The notes below the pieces were generated by a model, which saw only the letters and a program-made list of their open reading frames with translations, was not told the DNA's origin and did not search any database. Position numbers and translations under genes: made by a program. Positions 39,555 to 47,846 of a stretch of 64,000 bases of DNA are shown here, piece by piece. This stretch comes from an uncultured Solibacteraceae bacterium (GTDB lineage Bacteria; Acidobacteriota; Vicinamibacteria; Vicinamibacterales; SCN-69-37), in NCBI GenBank assembly GCA_964489685.1, contig CAZAZR010000004.1, positions 2,428 to 66,427 of the forward strand, read 5' to 3'. How positions within the stretch are numbered: position 1 is the stretch's first letter; every line of letters begins with the position of its first letter.

Positions 39555-41003
39555 ATGCAGGCGCAGACCCTCTCGAACTTCATCGGCGGCCGCTGGGTTC
39601 CATCCACCGGCAGCCGCACGATCGACGTCCACAACCCCGCGACGGGACAGACCATCGCGCGCACGCCGCTCTCGGGCGGCGCCGACGTGAACGCCGCTGT
39701 GCTGGCCGCGACTGCGGCCTTCCCGGGATGGAGGGAAACGCCGCCCGTGGTTCGCGCGCGGTCGATGTTCACCTTCAAGGCGCTGCTTGAAGCCCACGCC
39801 GAAGAGATCGCGCGCATTGTCACGACCGAACACGGCAAGACCCTGGATGAGTCGCGCGGCAGCGTGCGACGCGCGATCGAGTGTGTCGAAGTGGCGTGCG
39901 GCGCCCCGTCGATGCTGATGGGTGACGCGCTGGAAAACGTCGGCGCAGGCATCGACTGCACGGCAATGCGCCAGCCGATTGGCGTGTGTGCGGCGATTGC
40001 GCCATTCAATTTTCCGGCGATGGTGCCGCTCTGGTTCCTGCCGTTTGCAGTGGTGTCGGGCAACCCCTTTGTGCTGAAGCCTTCGGAGCAGGTGCCCCTG
40101 TCGCAACAGAAGATGTTCGAACTGTTGGAACAGTGCGACCTTCCGCCTGGCGTTGTGAATCTGGTGCATGGCGGCCGAGAGGTGTCAGAAGCCATCTGCG
40201 ACCATCCGGGCATTCGCGCGGTGTCGTTCGTCGGGTCCACTGCTGTGGCCCGCGCGGTGTATCAGCGGGCCACCCACGCAGGCAAACGCGTGCAGGCCCT
40301 GGGCGGCGCCAAGAACTTCATTATCGTCATGCCCGATGCGGATTTGGATCGCGCCATTCCCATCATCAGCGAGTCGTTTTTTGGGTGCGCCGGCGAGCGC
40401 TGCCTCGCGGGAAGCATCCTGGTGCCTGTGGGTCCTGTGCATGCCGACGCGCGCGACCGCCTGGTCGAATCGGCCCGCACCATGAAGGTGGGCGACGGCA
40501 TGGAAGCCGGTGTGGACATGGGTCCGGTGATCAGCGCGGCGCACCGAGACCGAGTGCTCGGATATGTGGAACGCGGGGCGACCGAGGGCGCGAAGCTTGC
40601 CCTGGACGGGCGTCAGCGCACGTTGCCGAAAGACGGCTATTTCGTGGGCCCCTCGGTGTTCGACGCGGTCACTCCCGCGATGACCATCGGACACGAGGAG
40701 ATCTTCGGGCCTGTCGCGGCCATCTGCCCGGTGGCGCGATTGGAGGACGTGTTTACGCTGATGGAGGCGCATCCGAACGCGAACGCGACGTCCATCTTCA
40801 CGTCGAGCGGGAAGGCCGCCCGCGAGTTTGCGCATCGGGCGACGGCATCGATGGTGGGCGTCAATATCGGCGTGGCCGCGCCGATGGCCTACTTTCCGTT
40901 TGGCGGCGCGCGCGACAGCTTTTTCGGGGACCTCAAGGTTCATGGACGCGACGCGTTCGAGTTCTACACGGACAAGAAGGTCACGATTAGCCGGTGGTTC
41001 TAG
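39555..41003 (+). CDS. mmsA: CoA-acylating methylmalonate/malonate-semialdehyde dehydrogenase
   Basis: 482 aa aldehyde dehydrogenase. N-terminal 'NFIGGRWV...HNPATG', catalytic-Cys region 'FGCAGERCLAGS', and a typical MmsA C-terminus (KVTISRWF). Confidence 0.9.
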   Translation: MQAQTLSNFIGGRWVPSTGSRTIDVHNPATGQTIARTPLSGGADVNAAVLAATAAFPGWRETPPVVRARSMFTFKALLEAHAEEIARIVTTEHGKTLDESRGSVRRAIECVEVACGAPSMLMGDALENVGAGIDCTAMRQPIGVCAAIAPFNFPAMVPLWFLPFAVVSGNPFVLKPSEQVPLSQQKMFELLEQCDLPPGVVNLVHGGREVSEAICDHPGIRAVSFVGSTAVARAVYQRATHAGKRVQALGGAKNFIIVMPDADLDRAIPIISESFFGCAGERCLAGSILVPVGPVHADARDRLVESARTMKVGDGMEAGVDMGPVISAAHRDRVLGYVERGATEGAKLALDGRQRTLPKDGYFVGPSVFDAVTPAMTIGHEEIFGPVAAICPVARLEDVFTLMEAHPNANATSIFTSSGKAAREFAHRATASMVGVNIGVAAPMAYFPFGGARDSFFGDLKVHGRDAFEFYTDKKVTISRWF

Positions 41004-41017
41004 ACGGGAGTGAGCGA

Positions 41018-41890
41018 ATGCCACGAAAGGTTCTCGGGGGCCTGATTCAGGCCGCGTCACCACTGACAGACCCGTCGCTGCCGATCGACAGGATCCGGCA
41101 GGCGTCGATCGACGCGCATGTGCCCTTCATCGAAGAGGCTGGAAAGCTCGGAGTGCAGATTCTGGGTCTGCAGGAAATCTTCAACGGTCCGTATTTCTGC
41201 CCGTCGCAAGACTCTCACTGGTATGACATCGCCGAGGCTGTGCCGGGGCCCACGACTGAATTGATGGGCCGCTTCGCAAAACAGTACGGCATGGCGATGG
41301 TTGTCCCCGTGTACGAGCGGGAACAGGCTGGCGTCTACTACAACACGGCCGCCGTCTACGACAACGACGGCTCGTATCTGGGCAAGTATCGCAAGAACCA
41401 CATTCCGCATACGTCAGGGTTCTGGGAGAAGTACTTCTTCAAGCCGGGTAATCTGGGCTACCCGGTCTTTCAGACCCGCCATGCGAAAGTCGGGGTCTAT
41501 ATCTGCTACGACCGGCATTTCCCAGAGGGCGCCCGGCTCCTGGGCCTGAACGGCGCCGAGATCGTGTTCAACCCGTCGGCGACCGTAGCGGGACTGTCGC
41601 AGTATCTCTGGAAACTGGAACAGCCGGCTCATGCAGTGGCCAACGGATACTTTGTGGCGGCCTCCAACCGCGTCGGGACCGAGGAGCCCTGGAACATCGG
41701 CAAGTTCTACGGATCTTCGTACTTTGTTGACCCGCGCGGCCAGTTCCTGTCGGTGGGCTCTGAGGACAGGAACGAGCTGGTCACCGCCGAGATGGACCTG
41801 GACATGATTGAAGAGGTGCGCCGCACCTGGCAGTTCTTCCGTGATCGGCGGCCCGAAACGTACGGTCCGATGGCGGAGCTGAAGTCATGA
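41018..41890 (+). CDS. Nitrilase-superfamily beta-ureidopropionase / N-carbamoyl-amino-acid amidohydrolase
   Basis: Start trimmed to MPRKV (GGGAG upstream). CN-hydrolase triad context: 'LGLQEIF' (Glu), 'YRKNHIP' (Lys) and 'VYICYDRHFPE' (Cys). Confidence 0.75.
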   Translation: MPRKVLGGLIQAASPLTDPSLPIDRIRQASIDAHVPFIEEAGKLGVQILGLQEIFNGPYFCPSQDSHWYDIAEAVPGPTTELMGRFAKQYGMAMVVPVYEREQAGVYYNTAAVYDNDGSYLGKYRKNHIPHTSGFWEKYFFKPGNLGYPVFQTRHAKVGVYICYDRHFPEGARLLGLNGAEIVFNPSATVAGLSQYLWKLEQPAHAVANGYFVAASNRVGTEEPWNIGKFYGSSYFVDPRGQFLSVGSEDRNELVTAEMDLDMIEEVRRTWQFFRDRRPETYGPMAELKS

Positions 41891-43263
41891 GCATCCTCAT
41901 CACCGGCGGCCGCATCATCACGGCCACCGACGACTACGTCGGCGACATCTTCATCGAGGACGATCGGATCACGGCCATTGGCACGACGCTGCCCATGAAG
42001 GCCGATCGCACGATCGACGCGCGCGGCAAATTCGTCTTCCCCGGCGGCATCGACGTACATACGCACCTCGACATGCCGTTCGGCGGGTCCACATCGGCCG
42101 ACGACTTCGAGACGGGCACCATCGCCGCCGCCTTCGGGGGCACCACATCAATTGTCGACTTCGCCATCCAGTACAGGGGCCAGACGTTGCACCATGCCTG
42201 GGAGACGTGGATGAAGAAGGCCGACGGGAAGGCGGCCATCGACTACGGATTCCACATGATCATGACCGAGCTCAACGATCAGGTGGAACTGGAGATGGAC
42301 GCGCTGGTGCGGCAAGGCGTGACGTCGTTCAAGCTGTTCATGGCCTACCCCGGCGTGTTCATGCTGGACGATGCGAGCATCTTCAAGGCGATGTTGCGGA
42401 CTGGACAAAACGGCGGGACGATCTGCATGCACGCCGAGAATGGCGGCGTGATCGACGTGCTGGTGCAGCGGGCGCTGGCCGAAGGCAAGACCGCGCCGAA
42501 GTATCACGCGCTCACGCGGCCTGCCCGAGCCGAAGGTGAGGCTACCCACCGGGCGATCGCGTTGGCGGAGATGGCCGACGTGCCCGTCTACATCGTGCAC
42601 TTGTCAGCGGCCGAAGCCCTGGAGATGGTGACCGAGGCCCGCGACCGGGGCCTGCCGGCGTTTGCCGAAACGTGTCCGCAGTACCTGTTCCTGTCGTACG
42701 ACAACTACGAGGAGCCCGGCTTTGAAGGCGCCAAGTACGTGATGAGTCCGCCGCTCAGGCAGAAGGAGACACAGAACCGGCTCTGGCGCGGGTTGGCCGG
42801 CAACGACCTTCAGGCGATCGCCACCGACCACTGCCCCTTCTGTATGAAGGAAAAGCATCTTGGGGACGGAGACTTTTCGAAGATTCCGAATGGTGCGCCC
42901 GGGATCGAGACGCGCATGAGCCTGGTGTATGACGGGGGCGTGCGGACAGGGAAGATCTCGTTGAATCGGTTCGTGGAGCTCACGTCCACCTCGCCGGCAA
43001 AGATCTTCGGCCTGTTTCCGCGAAAAGGCACAGTGGCGCCCGGGTCCGATGCCGACCTCGTGATCTTCGATCCCGAGAAGACGATGACACTGCGGGCGAA
43101 GACGCTGCACATGAACGTGGACTACAACCCGTACGAAGGGCGCGAGGTCACCGGCGTGACCGAGACGGTATTGTCGCGAGGTCGAGTCATCATCGATGGG
43201 GGCACGTTCACGGGCCGCCCGGGCGCCGGATCCTTTATCAAACGTCAGCCGAGGTTACTGTGA
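41887..43263 (+). CDS. hydA: Dihydropyrimidinase (D-hydantoinase)
   Basis: 458 aa with 'ILITGGRIIT', 'PGGIDVHTHLDMPFGG' and 'SFKLFMAY' (carboxylated-Lys region). Overlaps the upstream gene by 4 nt. Confidence 0.9.
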   Translation: MSILITGGRIITATDDYVGDIFIEDDRITAIGTTLPMKADRTIDARGKFVFPGGIDVHTHLDMPFGGSTSADDFETGTIAAAFGGTTSIVDFAIQYRGQTLHHAWETWMKKADGKAAIDYGFHMIMTELNDQVELEMDALVRQGVTSFKLFMAYPGVFMLDDASIFKAMLRTGQNGGTICMHAENGGVIDVLVQRALAEGKTAPKYHALTRPARAEGEATHRAIALAEMADVPVYIVHLSAAEALEMVTEARDRGLPAFAETCPQYLFLSYDNYEEPGFEGAKYVMSPPLRQKETQNRLWRGLAGNDLQAIATDHCPFCMKEKHLGDGDFSKIPNGAPGIETRMSLVYDGGVRTGKISLNRFVELTSTSPAKIFGLFPRKGTVAPGSDADLVIFDPEKTMTLRAKTLHMNVDYNPYEGREVTGVTETVLSRGRVIIDGGTFTGRPGAGSFIKRQPRLL

Positions 43264-44588
43264 TGGGGAACAGTGGAAGCATGAGCGGCCCGGAAATGAT
43301 CGCGCTTTCCAAACGCCACACCATTTTCGAATGGTCCGCTCAGGGCGCGATGGATCCGATTCCGGTGGCGCGGGCCAGCGGCGTCTACTTCTACACCCCT
43401 GACGGCAAGCGGTACCTCGACTTCAACAGCCAGTTGATGTGCGTGAACATCGGTCACGGCGACGTCCGGGTCGTCAAGGCTATCGAAGCCCAACTTGCCG
43501 TGCTGCCGTACGCCAACCCCTTCATGGCCACAGAGTCGCGGGCGAAGCTGGGCGCGACACTGGCGGGTGTGACGCCCGGAGACATCGACTGCTTCTTCTT
43601 CACGAACGGTGGAGCCGAGGCCAATGAAAACGCGATCAAGATCGCGCGCGCGTACACCGGCCGCCAGAAAATCCTGGCGCGATATCGCTCGTATCACGGC
43701 GGCACGGCGGCGGCCATTGCCGTCACGGGCGATCCTCGACGATGGACCGAACCCCCGATGCCGGGCATCGTGCATGTCCTGCATCCGTACCACGGCATCG
43801 AACGGGGCTGGGAGTCGGCGGCCGAGGCCCTTGAGTATCTCGAGGAAGTCATCCAGCTCGAAGGGCCGAAACAGATCGCCGCATTTATCCTCGAGCCCAT
43901 TACCGGCACAAACGGCATTCTGATTCCGCCAGACGGCTACCTCGAAGGCGTTCGGGCCATTTGCGACAAGTACGGAATCCTCATGATCTGCGATGAGGTC
44001 ATGTCGGGATTTGGCCGCACTGGCGAGTGGTTCGCTGTTGATCACTGGAATGTCGTGCCCGACCTGATGACCATGGCGAAGGGGCTGACGAGCGCGTACG
44101 TCCCCCTGGGCGCCGTTGGCCTGCGCCGACACATCGCCGATCATTTCGCCGAGAGGGTGTTCCCGAGCGGCCTGACCTACAACAGTCACCCGCTGGGATG
44201 CGCTGCGGCACTGGCCACACTCGCGGTCTACGAAGAAGATGGCCTCATCGCCCGCGCGAAGGCACGGGGTGTGCTGATGCAGTCGCTGCTCGAGGACCTG
44301 GCGGCGAAGCACCCTTCGGTCGGCGCCGTTCGCTCCATCGGCCTGTTCGGCATTGTTGAACTTGTGCGCGACAGGGCGAAGAAGGTCCCACTGGCGCCCT
44401 TTGCCGGGTCGGCACCGGAAATGTCCGCACTCGGACGTTTCTTCAGAGACGAGGGGTTATACACATTCGTCCGGTGGAACTCGTTCTTCACGAATCCACC
44501 GTTGACGATCACCGAGGACGAGCTGCGCGAAGGCTTCGCGATTATCGATCGCGGCCTGGCAATCACGGATGCCGCAGTGCAAGACTAG
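43260..44588 (+). CDS. Class-III (omega) aminotransferase, probable beta-alanine/beta-aminoisobutyrate:pyruvate transaminase
   Basis: 442 aa. Contains 'DFNSQLMCVNIGHG', 'ILEPITGTNG', 'DEVMSGFGRTG' and 'MAKGLTSAY' (PLP Lys). The start is GTG 43260 or ATG 43263, overlapping the hydA stop. Confidence 0.8.
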   Translation: MMGNSGSMSGPEMIALSKRHTIFEWSAQGAMDPIPVARASGVYFYTPDGKRYLDFNSQLMCVNIGHGDVRVVKAIEAQLAVLPYANPFMATESRAKLGATLAGVTPGDIDCFFFTNGGAEANENAIKIARAYTGRQKILARYRSYHGGTAAAIAVTGDPRRWTEPPMPGIVHVLHPYHGIERGWESAAEALEYLEEVIQLEGPKQIAAFILEPITGTNGILIPPDGYLEGVRAICDKYGILMICDEVMSGFGRTGEWFAVDHWNVVPDLMTMAKGLTSAYVPLGAVGLRRHIADHFAERVFPSGLTYNSHPLGCAAALATLAVYEEDGLIARAKARGVLMQSLLEDLAAKHPSVGAVRSIGLFGIVELVRDRAKKVPLAPFAGSAPEMSALGRFFRDEGLYTFVRWNSFFTNPPLTITEDELREGFAIIDRGLAITDAAVQD

Positions 44589-44592
44589 TGGC

Positions 44593-45342
44593 ATGCGGCT
44601 ACTGACAGCAGTCTTCGCCCTTGTGGCGACGCTGCCCGGCCTCGCGATGGCGCAGCCACCCGATCCGCCTCGGGCTGAACTCGGCGTTCAGGTGTCCACA
44701 CAGACCGGGCAGGCACGTGCGGTCACGTGGTCTCCACAAATCACACTGAACCTCACGCCGATCACGGCGATTGAGGGCTCAGCGGACTTCCAGCTCGCGA
44801 GGACCGATCCCTTCGGCACGCGCACATCGGGGCGGGCGTTCAGTCTGCACTGGCGCCAGGCGCTGTTCACCTCGGGGCGCTGGCTGGTCTTCGGCGTGTT
44901 CGGCGCGGGCGACAGTCGGCAAGTCTTCGAGTTTCCGGAGCGGATCGTGGAAGGGCGTGACGGCCCCGAAATGTTCCCGGCGCAAAAGTACGTTGATACC
45001 GGTCTGGCCGTCCAGCTGGGACCGGCCGTGCAGTTCGAGGCTGCACCCTGGCTGGCGCTGCGCGGCGACCTGCGCCTCACTGCGGGCGACAACGGCGGAC
45101 TGCGGGGCATGGTGGGGGCAGTGGTTCCGGTCGGGCGCTTCCGCGCGGGCGACCGGCCGGGCGTGTCCAGTCAGACGCCGCCCCTGGCCGCCTGGCATCG
45201 TCTGAAGGCGGGACGCGAAGTGTGGGTCACCACCTCGTCTGGAGCGTTGGTGCACGGCGAGGTGTCAACGATTTCCGACCGCAGCCTCGGTGCGTTGCGC
45301 AAAACCGACTGGCCGGCTCACGTACGAGCCAGGTCGATATAG
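44593..45342 (+). CDS. Hypothetical exported protein (outer-membrane beta-barrel-like)
   Basis: Start trimmed to MRLLTAVFALVATLPGLAMAQ (signal peptide), followed by an alternating beta-strand pattern. The 3' end overlaps the convergent gene by 25 nt. Confidence 0.45.
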   Translation: MRLLTAVFALVATLPGLAMAQPPDPPRAELGVQVSTQTGQARAVTWSPQITLNLTPITAIEGSADFQLARTDPFGTRTSGRAFSLHWRQALFTSGRWLVFGVFGAGDSRQVFEFPERIVEGRDGPEMFPAQKYVDTGLAVQLGPAVQFEAAPWLALRGDLRLTAGDNGGLRGMVGAVVPVGRFRAGDRPGVSSQTPPLAAWHRLKAGREVWVTTSSGALVHGEVSTISDRSLGALRKTDWPAHVRARSI

Positions 45343-46547
45343 TTCGTCACCAGCAGGCCGGTCAGCACAATGAACAGCGTCAAGGCCAGCGCGCGGCGCT
45401 CGGCGAGCAGGTCCTGCACCTCGGGCTGGGCCAGCCAGAAGGCCAGACAAAACGCGGCTGGAAACAACAACCCGAAGTCGAACAGATACGGGTGAATCGA
45501 TACCGCCTGGGGAAACACGACGATCCAGAGGAGAGCTGGCGACCAGCAGAAGAGGAGCTGCCGGAACATGCGCGCGGCCAGAGGCCGAGCGAGCGCGAAG
45601 GTGCCGGCCGCCACGGCAGGGGCGGTTGCGATCAGCGGGTAGAAGCGCCAGTCTCTCCCACCTGCATCAAACGGGTGGGTCACGGCCTGAAGCATGGAGG
45701 TGAAGTACTGAGTGCCGCCATCGAGACCCGACCTGAAGAAGACGCTGCTCCCGATACCCCGCCAACCACCAAGCCACACCATCACGTACGGAATGACAAT
45801 GCCAAGGGCGATCAGGACGCCAAAGATGAGCCCTTGCGACCGCCAGCCCTCCCACCGTACGCCTGCAAACCTGGTCCCGCCCAATGGTGTGGCGAAGAAG
45901 ACAAGGGTGATAAACAGGCACGCGGCATACATCGGCGCAATGAGGGCGACGCCCACCACGGTGAGGAATCCCGCTCGGCCAAGCGGCCTTGCCTGAAAAT
46001 CGAGCACGCTGATGAACGCCACGCCGATTGCGGCGAGGAACCGGTGGTGGTCCTCAGGATTTCCGACGATCGAGGCCACCCAGAGCGAAGGCAGCGTGGC
46101 GACGACCGAGAAACCCAGCACGACCAGGGGAAACCAGATCATCCACATGGCCACAGGGTCGGTCGGGCTGTCGCGGTGCGACAGCGACAGCGCGGCTGAG
46201 ATCATCCACAACAGGACGCCGAAAGTCAGGAATACAACGACGTTCTGGCCGGTCGCATAGGGCACGCCCAGCCACGTCAGCGGCTTCATGAAGACATACA
46301 CAAACCCCAGCCACGCCGGAGTCAGATGCTGATAGGCGCGCCCGAGCGCCACATCCTCCGGGACGTTGAACGACAGTCCCAGATGGCGGGTGACAGACGT
46401 GTTATCCCAATAGCCAAACGTCGTCGGCAGCATGACGTACTCGCTTGGAGACGTGAGCGCGCGTCTCATACTGCCCAGCTGAAGGCCGAGACCTGCCGAC
46501 ACGAGACACGCGATCAGCACGAGGGCGGGCAGAGTCGCGCGTTTCAT
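45318..46547 (-). CDS. Polytopic membrane protein (about 10 helices; Wzy / GT-C-like role is possible but unsupported)
   Basis: 409 aa, strongly hydrophobic throughout, with no recognised motif. Sits at the edge of the glycosyltransferase/PqqD cluster. Confidence 0.55.
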   Translation of the reverse strand: MKRATLPALVLIACLVSAGLGLQLGSMRRALTSPSEYVMLPTTFGYWDNTSVTRHLGLSFNVPEDVALGRAYQHLTPAWLGFVYVFMKPLTWLGVPYATGQNVVVFLTFGVLLWMISAALSLSHRDSPTDPVAMWMIWFPLVVLGFSVVATLPSLWVASIVGNPEDHHRFLAAIGVAFISVLDFQARPLGRAGFLTVVGVALIAPMYAACLFITLVFFATPLGGTRFAGVRWEGWRSQGLIFGVLIALGIVIPYVMVWLGGWRGIGSSVFFRSGLDGGTQYFTSMLQAVTHPFDAGGRDWRFYPLIATAPAVAAGTFALARPLAARMFRQLLFCWSPALLWIVVFPQAVSIHPYLFDFGLLFPAAFCLAFWLAQPEVQDLLAERRALALTLFIVLTGLLVTNYIDLART

Positions 46548-46620
46548 GCCGAGAGCTTATAGCAGGTCTTCCACCCACGGACCGCCTTGACTCCACTCCG
46601 TCCAGCCGCGTACAACCAGA

Positions 46621-47712
46621 TTGATGCGTCGAGACTGGCGGCCCGATGCACCACAGGAACTCCTGCTCCGTGCGGCCCTGTGCGAGACACCTGCCGCCCT
46701 GACGGCATGGCGCGAGTGGCAGGCCGCTGCCGACCACGATGGCCTGGACTGGGGTTCGCGACGGTTGCTGCCGCTCGTCCATGACAGTGTCGGGGAGCCG
46801 CAGGATCCGCAGACGTGGATCGAGAACCAGTTGCTCTTCCAGGAAACGGCATCGCTCGTCACCTTGCTGCGTGAGGTGGGTATTGAAGTCCTGGTGCTCA
46901 AGGGCGTTGCACTGGCTGTGCTCTACTACCAGGATGCCGCGCTCCGGCCGATGACCGACGTCGATCTGCTCGTGCGGCCCGAGGACGCCGGCAGGGCAAT
47001 CGCCGCGATGCTGGGAGCCGGGTGGACCACTCGTTACCGTGTTCCAGAACGCCTGATTCCGTTTGGGCGAACGGTGGAGCTTCGGAATGGCAACGGGACA
47101 CTCTGCGATTTACACTGGCGGGCATTCCGACAGGGACGGCATCGAGAAGATGACGATCTGTGGGAACGCGCGATCGGACTGGAAGTGGCGGGTACGGCTA
47201 CACACACGCTCGAAGCCGCAGACCAGTTGCTGCTGGTCTGTGTCCACGGCACGGACTGGAACGACATGCCCTCAATACGCTGGGTCGCTGATGCCACGAT
47301 GCTCATCCGCGCTCGTGTGGACTGGCCACGGGTCGTCGAGCACACACGAGGCCGACGCCTCATGCTGCAGATGGTCGATTCGCTGACGTATCTACAGCAC
47401 TTCGCGACCGTACCTGGCGCCGTACTGGACACGATTCGACGAATGCCCGTGACGCGCCTGGAACGCCTCGACTACCGGGCCCGAACCAGCCCGAATCCGG
47501 CGCTGCATTCGCTTCTGCTCGTGGCGTTCTGGGAACGGTGCTGGCGTGTTCTTCCGGAGCGCCGATTCGGGAGAAAGGTCACGGTGTTCCTGCGTTATTT
47601 GCAGTCGCTCTGGAACGTCGAGCACCTGTGGCAGACGCCGTTTCGGCTGTTCTACAAGTGCCTGGAAGTGTCGGGTCGGATGATCTTTCGATCCTCAGCC
47701 CGACATCTGTGA
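46621..47712 (+). CDS. Uncharacterised nucleotidyltransferase family protein (NTP_transf_5 / PF14907-like)
   Basis: 363 aa. 'VLVLKGVALAVLYYQDAALRPMTDVDLLVRPEDAGRAIAAMLGAGW' fits the family core (LKG...R...D.DLLV). Confidence 0.7.
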   Translation: MMRRDWRPDAPQELLLRAALCETPAALTAWREWQAAADHDGLDWGSRRLLPLVHDSVGEPQDPQTWIENQLLFQETASLVTLLREVGIEVLVLKGVALAVLYYQDAALRPMTDVDLLVRPEDAGRAIAAMLGAGWTTRYRVPERLIPFGRTVELRNGNGTLCDLHWRAFRQGRHREDDDLWERAIGLEVAGTATHTLEAADQLLLVCVHGTDWNDMPSIRWVADATMLIRARVDWPRVVEHTRGRRLMLQMVDSLTYLQHFATVPGAVLDTIRRMPVTRLERLDYRARTSPNPALHSLLLVAFWERCWRVLPERRFGRKVTVFLRYLQSLWNVEHLWQTPFRLFYKCLEVSGRMIFRSSARHL

Positions 47713-47832
47713 GAGTTGCCGCATGTTGCCATGGCGGGTGATCCGCGGCTTGCTCCAGACCTTCGCAGCTTTGGTTCCCGCACCAGCAACGGTGCCGGCT
47801 TTCGGTGTGCTTGGCTTGCCAGCTGGTTTCAT
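47695..47832 (-). CDS. Candidate small peptide gene (45 aa; possible RiPP-type or RRE-recognised peptide)
   Basis: Hand-translated as MKPAGKPSTPKAGTVAGAGTKAAKVWSKPRITRHGNMRQLSQMSG*. An AGGA lies 7 nt upstream of the ATG, and an in-frame TAG lies 4 codons upstream. It is below the 60-aa cutoff of the ORF track. Residues W26-x2-P-x-I-x3-G-x5-S-Q match the spacing of the lasso leader motif. Codon usage is atypical (several A/T-ending codons). Confidence 0.4.
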   Translation of the reverse strand: MKPAGKPSTPKAGTVAGAGTKAAKVWSKPRITRHGNMRQLSQMSG

Positions 47833-47846
47833 AAAATGATCCTAAC

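Noticed and set aside
47392-47697. Read-through of the small ORF's TGA. The same frame stays open for about 100 more codons, and it would place an Asp at 'core' position 8.
   Set aside because: The open frame is antisense to the nucleotidyltransferase gene, which is expected in high-GC DNA. No SECIS-like or recoding signal is evident. An Asp or Glu at positions 7-9 has about a 30% chance expectation.
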